A stretch of 64,000 nt of DNA from Eledone cirrhosa (Eukaryota). Location of the stretch: contig OZ024744.1 in assembly GCA_964016885.1 (NCBI GenBank), positions 134,478,001 to 134,542,000 of the forward strand, given 5' to 3'. Position 1 is the stretch's first letter. The number at the start of each line of letters is the position of its first letter. Positions 63,401 through 64,000 of this stretch are shown here, in pieces. Under the pieces are notes generated by a model. The model had not been told where the DNA came from. It saw only the letters and a list, made by a program, of their open reading frames with translations, and did no database searches. Position numbers and translations under genes: made by a program.

Positions 63401-64000
63401 TTAAGTTAAGTTGGGGTTAAGTTAAGTTGGGGATAAGTTAAGTTGGGGTTAAGTTAAGTTGGGGTTAAGTTAAGTTGGGGTTACGTTAAGTTGGGGCTAA
63501 GTTAAGTTGGGGCTGAGTTAAGTTGGGGTTAAGTTAAGTTGGGGTTAAGTTAAGTTGGGGTTAATTTAAGTTGGGGTTTATTTAAGTTGGGGTTACGTTA
63601 AGTTGGTGTTAAGTTAAGTTGGGGTTAATTTAAGTTGGGGTTAATTAAGTTGGGGTTAAGTTGGGGTTAAGTTAAGTTGGGGTTAAGTTAAGTTGGGGTT
63701 CAGTTAAGTTGGGTATAAGTTAAGTTGGGTATAAGTTAAGTTGGGGTTAAGTTAAGTTGGGGTTAACTTAAGTTGGTGTTAAGTTAAGTTGGGGCTAAGT
63801 TAAGTTGGGGCTGAGTTAAGTTGGGGCTGAGTTAAGTTGGGGTTAAGTTAAGTTGGGGTCAAGTTAAGTTGGGGTTAAGTTGGGGTTAAGTTAAGTTAGG
63901 TTTAAGTTAAGATGGGGTTAAGTTAAGTTGGGGTTAAGTTAAGTTGGGGTTAACTTAAGTTGGGGTTAAGTTAAGTTGGGGTTGAGTTAATTTGTGGTTA
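54500..64000 (+). repeat. Direct duplication spaced ~5.7 kb (~54.5-58.3 kb vs ~60.2-64.0 kb), flanking inverted block 9
   Basis: ATTTGTGGTTTAG at 56281/61958 and GTTGATTTAAATT at 56971/62648, both offset 5677. Boundaries approximate. Confidence 0.8.
59504..59679 (-). repeat. Inverted satellite block 9 (divergent)
   Basis: Centre 59503/59504. Lacks the AACGTAAC and TATCCCC variants and ends AATCCCTAA rather than AAGCCCTAA. Confidence 0.97.

Larger units (their letters stand above)
1..64000 (+). repeat. 16-bp G-rich tandem satellite, consensus TTAAGTTAAGTTGGGG (~4,000 monomers), with point variants and 11/13/15/17-bp length variants
   Basis: Directly visible from first to last line. The consensus is T6 A4 G6 C0 (37.5% GC, no C on the + strand). 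The array runs off both window edges. Confidence 0.99.

Noticed and set aside
1-64000. Protein-coding repeat ORF
   Set aside because: Each monomer has two TAA triplets on each strand and the 16-bp period rotates frames, so all six frames are closed within short distances.
1-64000. Assignment to a specific organism or to centromere versus telomere
   Set aside because: There is no unique flanking sequence, and I do not recognise this 16-mer as a named satellite.

Overview
The whole 64 kb window is one uninterrupted, G-rich, telomere-like tandem satellite. Its 16-bp consensus is TTAAGTTAAGTTGGGG, i.e. (TTAAG)2 + TTGGGG, with about 4,000 monomers. There is no unique sequence and no supportable gene, RNA gene, CRISPR array or transposon: TAA stops recur in all six frames. 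The array is nevertheless highly structured. (1) Nine copies of a ~176-bp block of the same satellite lie in reverse orientation, each opening at a spacer-less palindrome (GGGGTT|AACCCC) and followed by a conserved tail of variant monomers. (2) Ordered strings of variant monomers are re-used over kilobases, revealing nested duplications (offsets of 240, 2033, 2935, 3080, 5677 and 7083/6609 bp, read from marker variants). (3) A 24.4-kb stretch has no inversions, and the inversion's flanks are found joined there without it. This looks like eukaryotic satellite, subtelomeric or interstitial telomere-like DNA amplified by recombination. The organism and chromosomal position cannot be determined from this window. 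All coordinates and offsets were read by eye; duplication boundaries are approximate.
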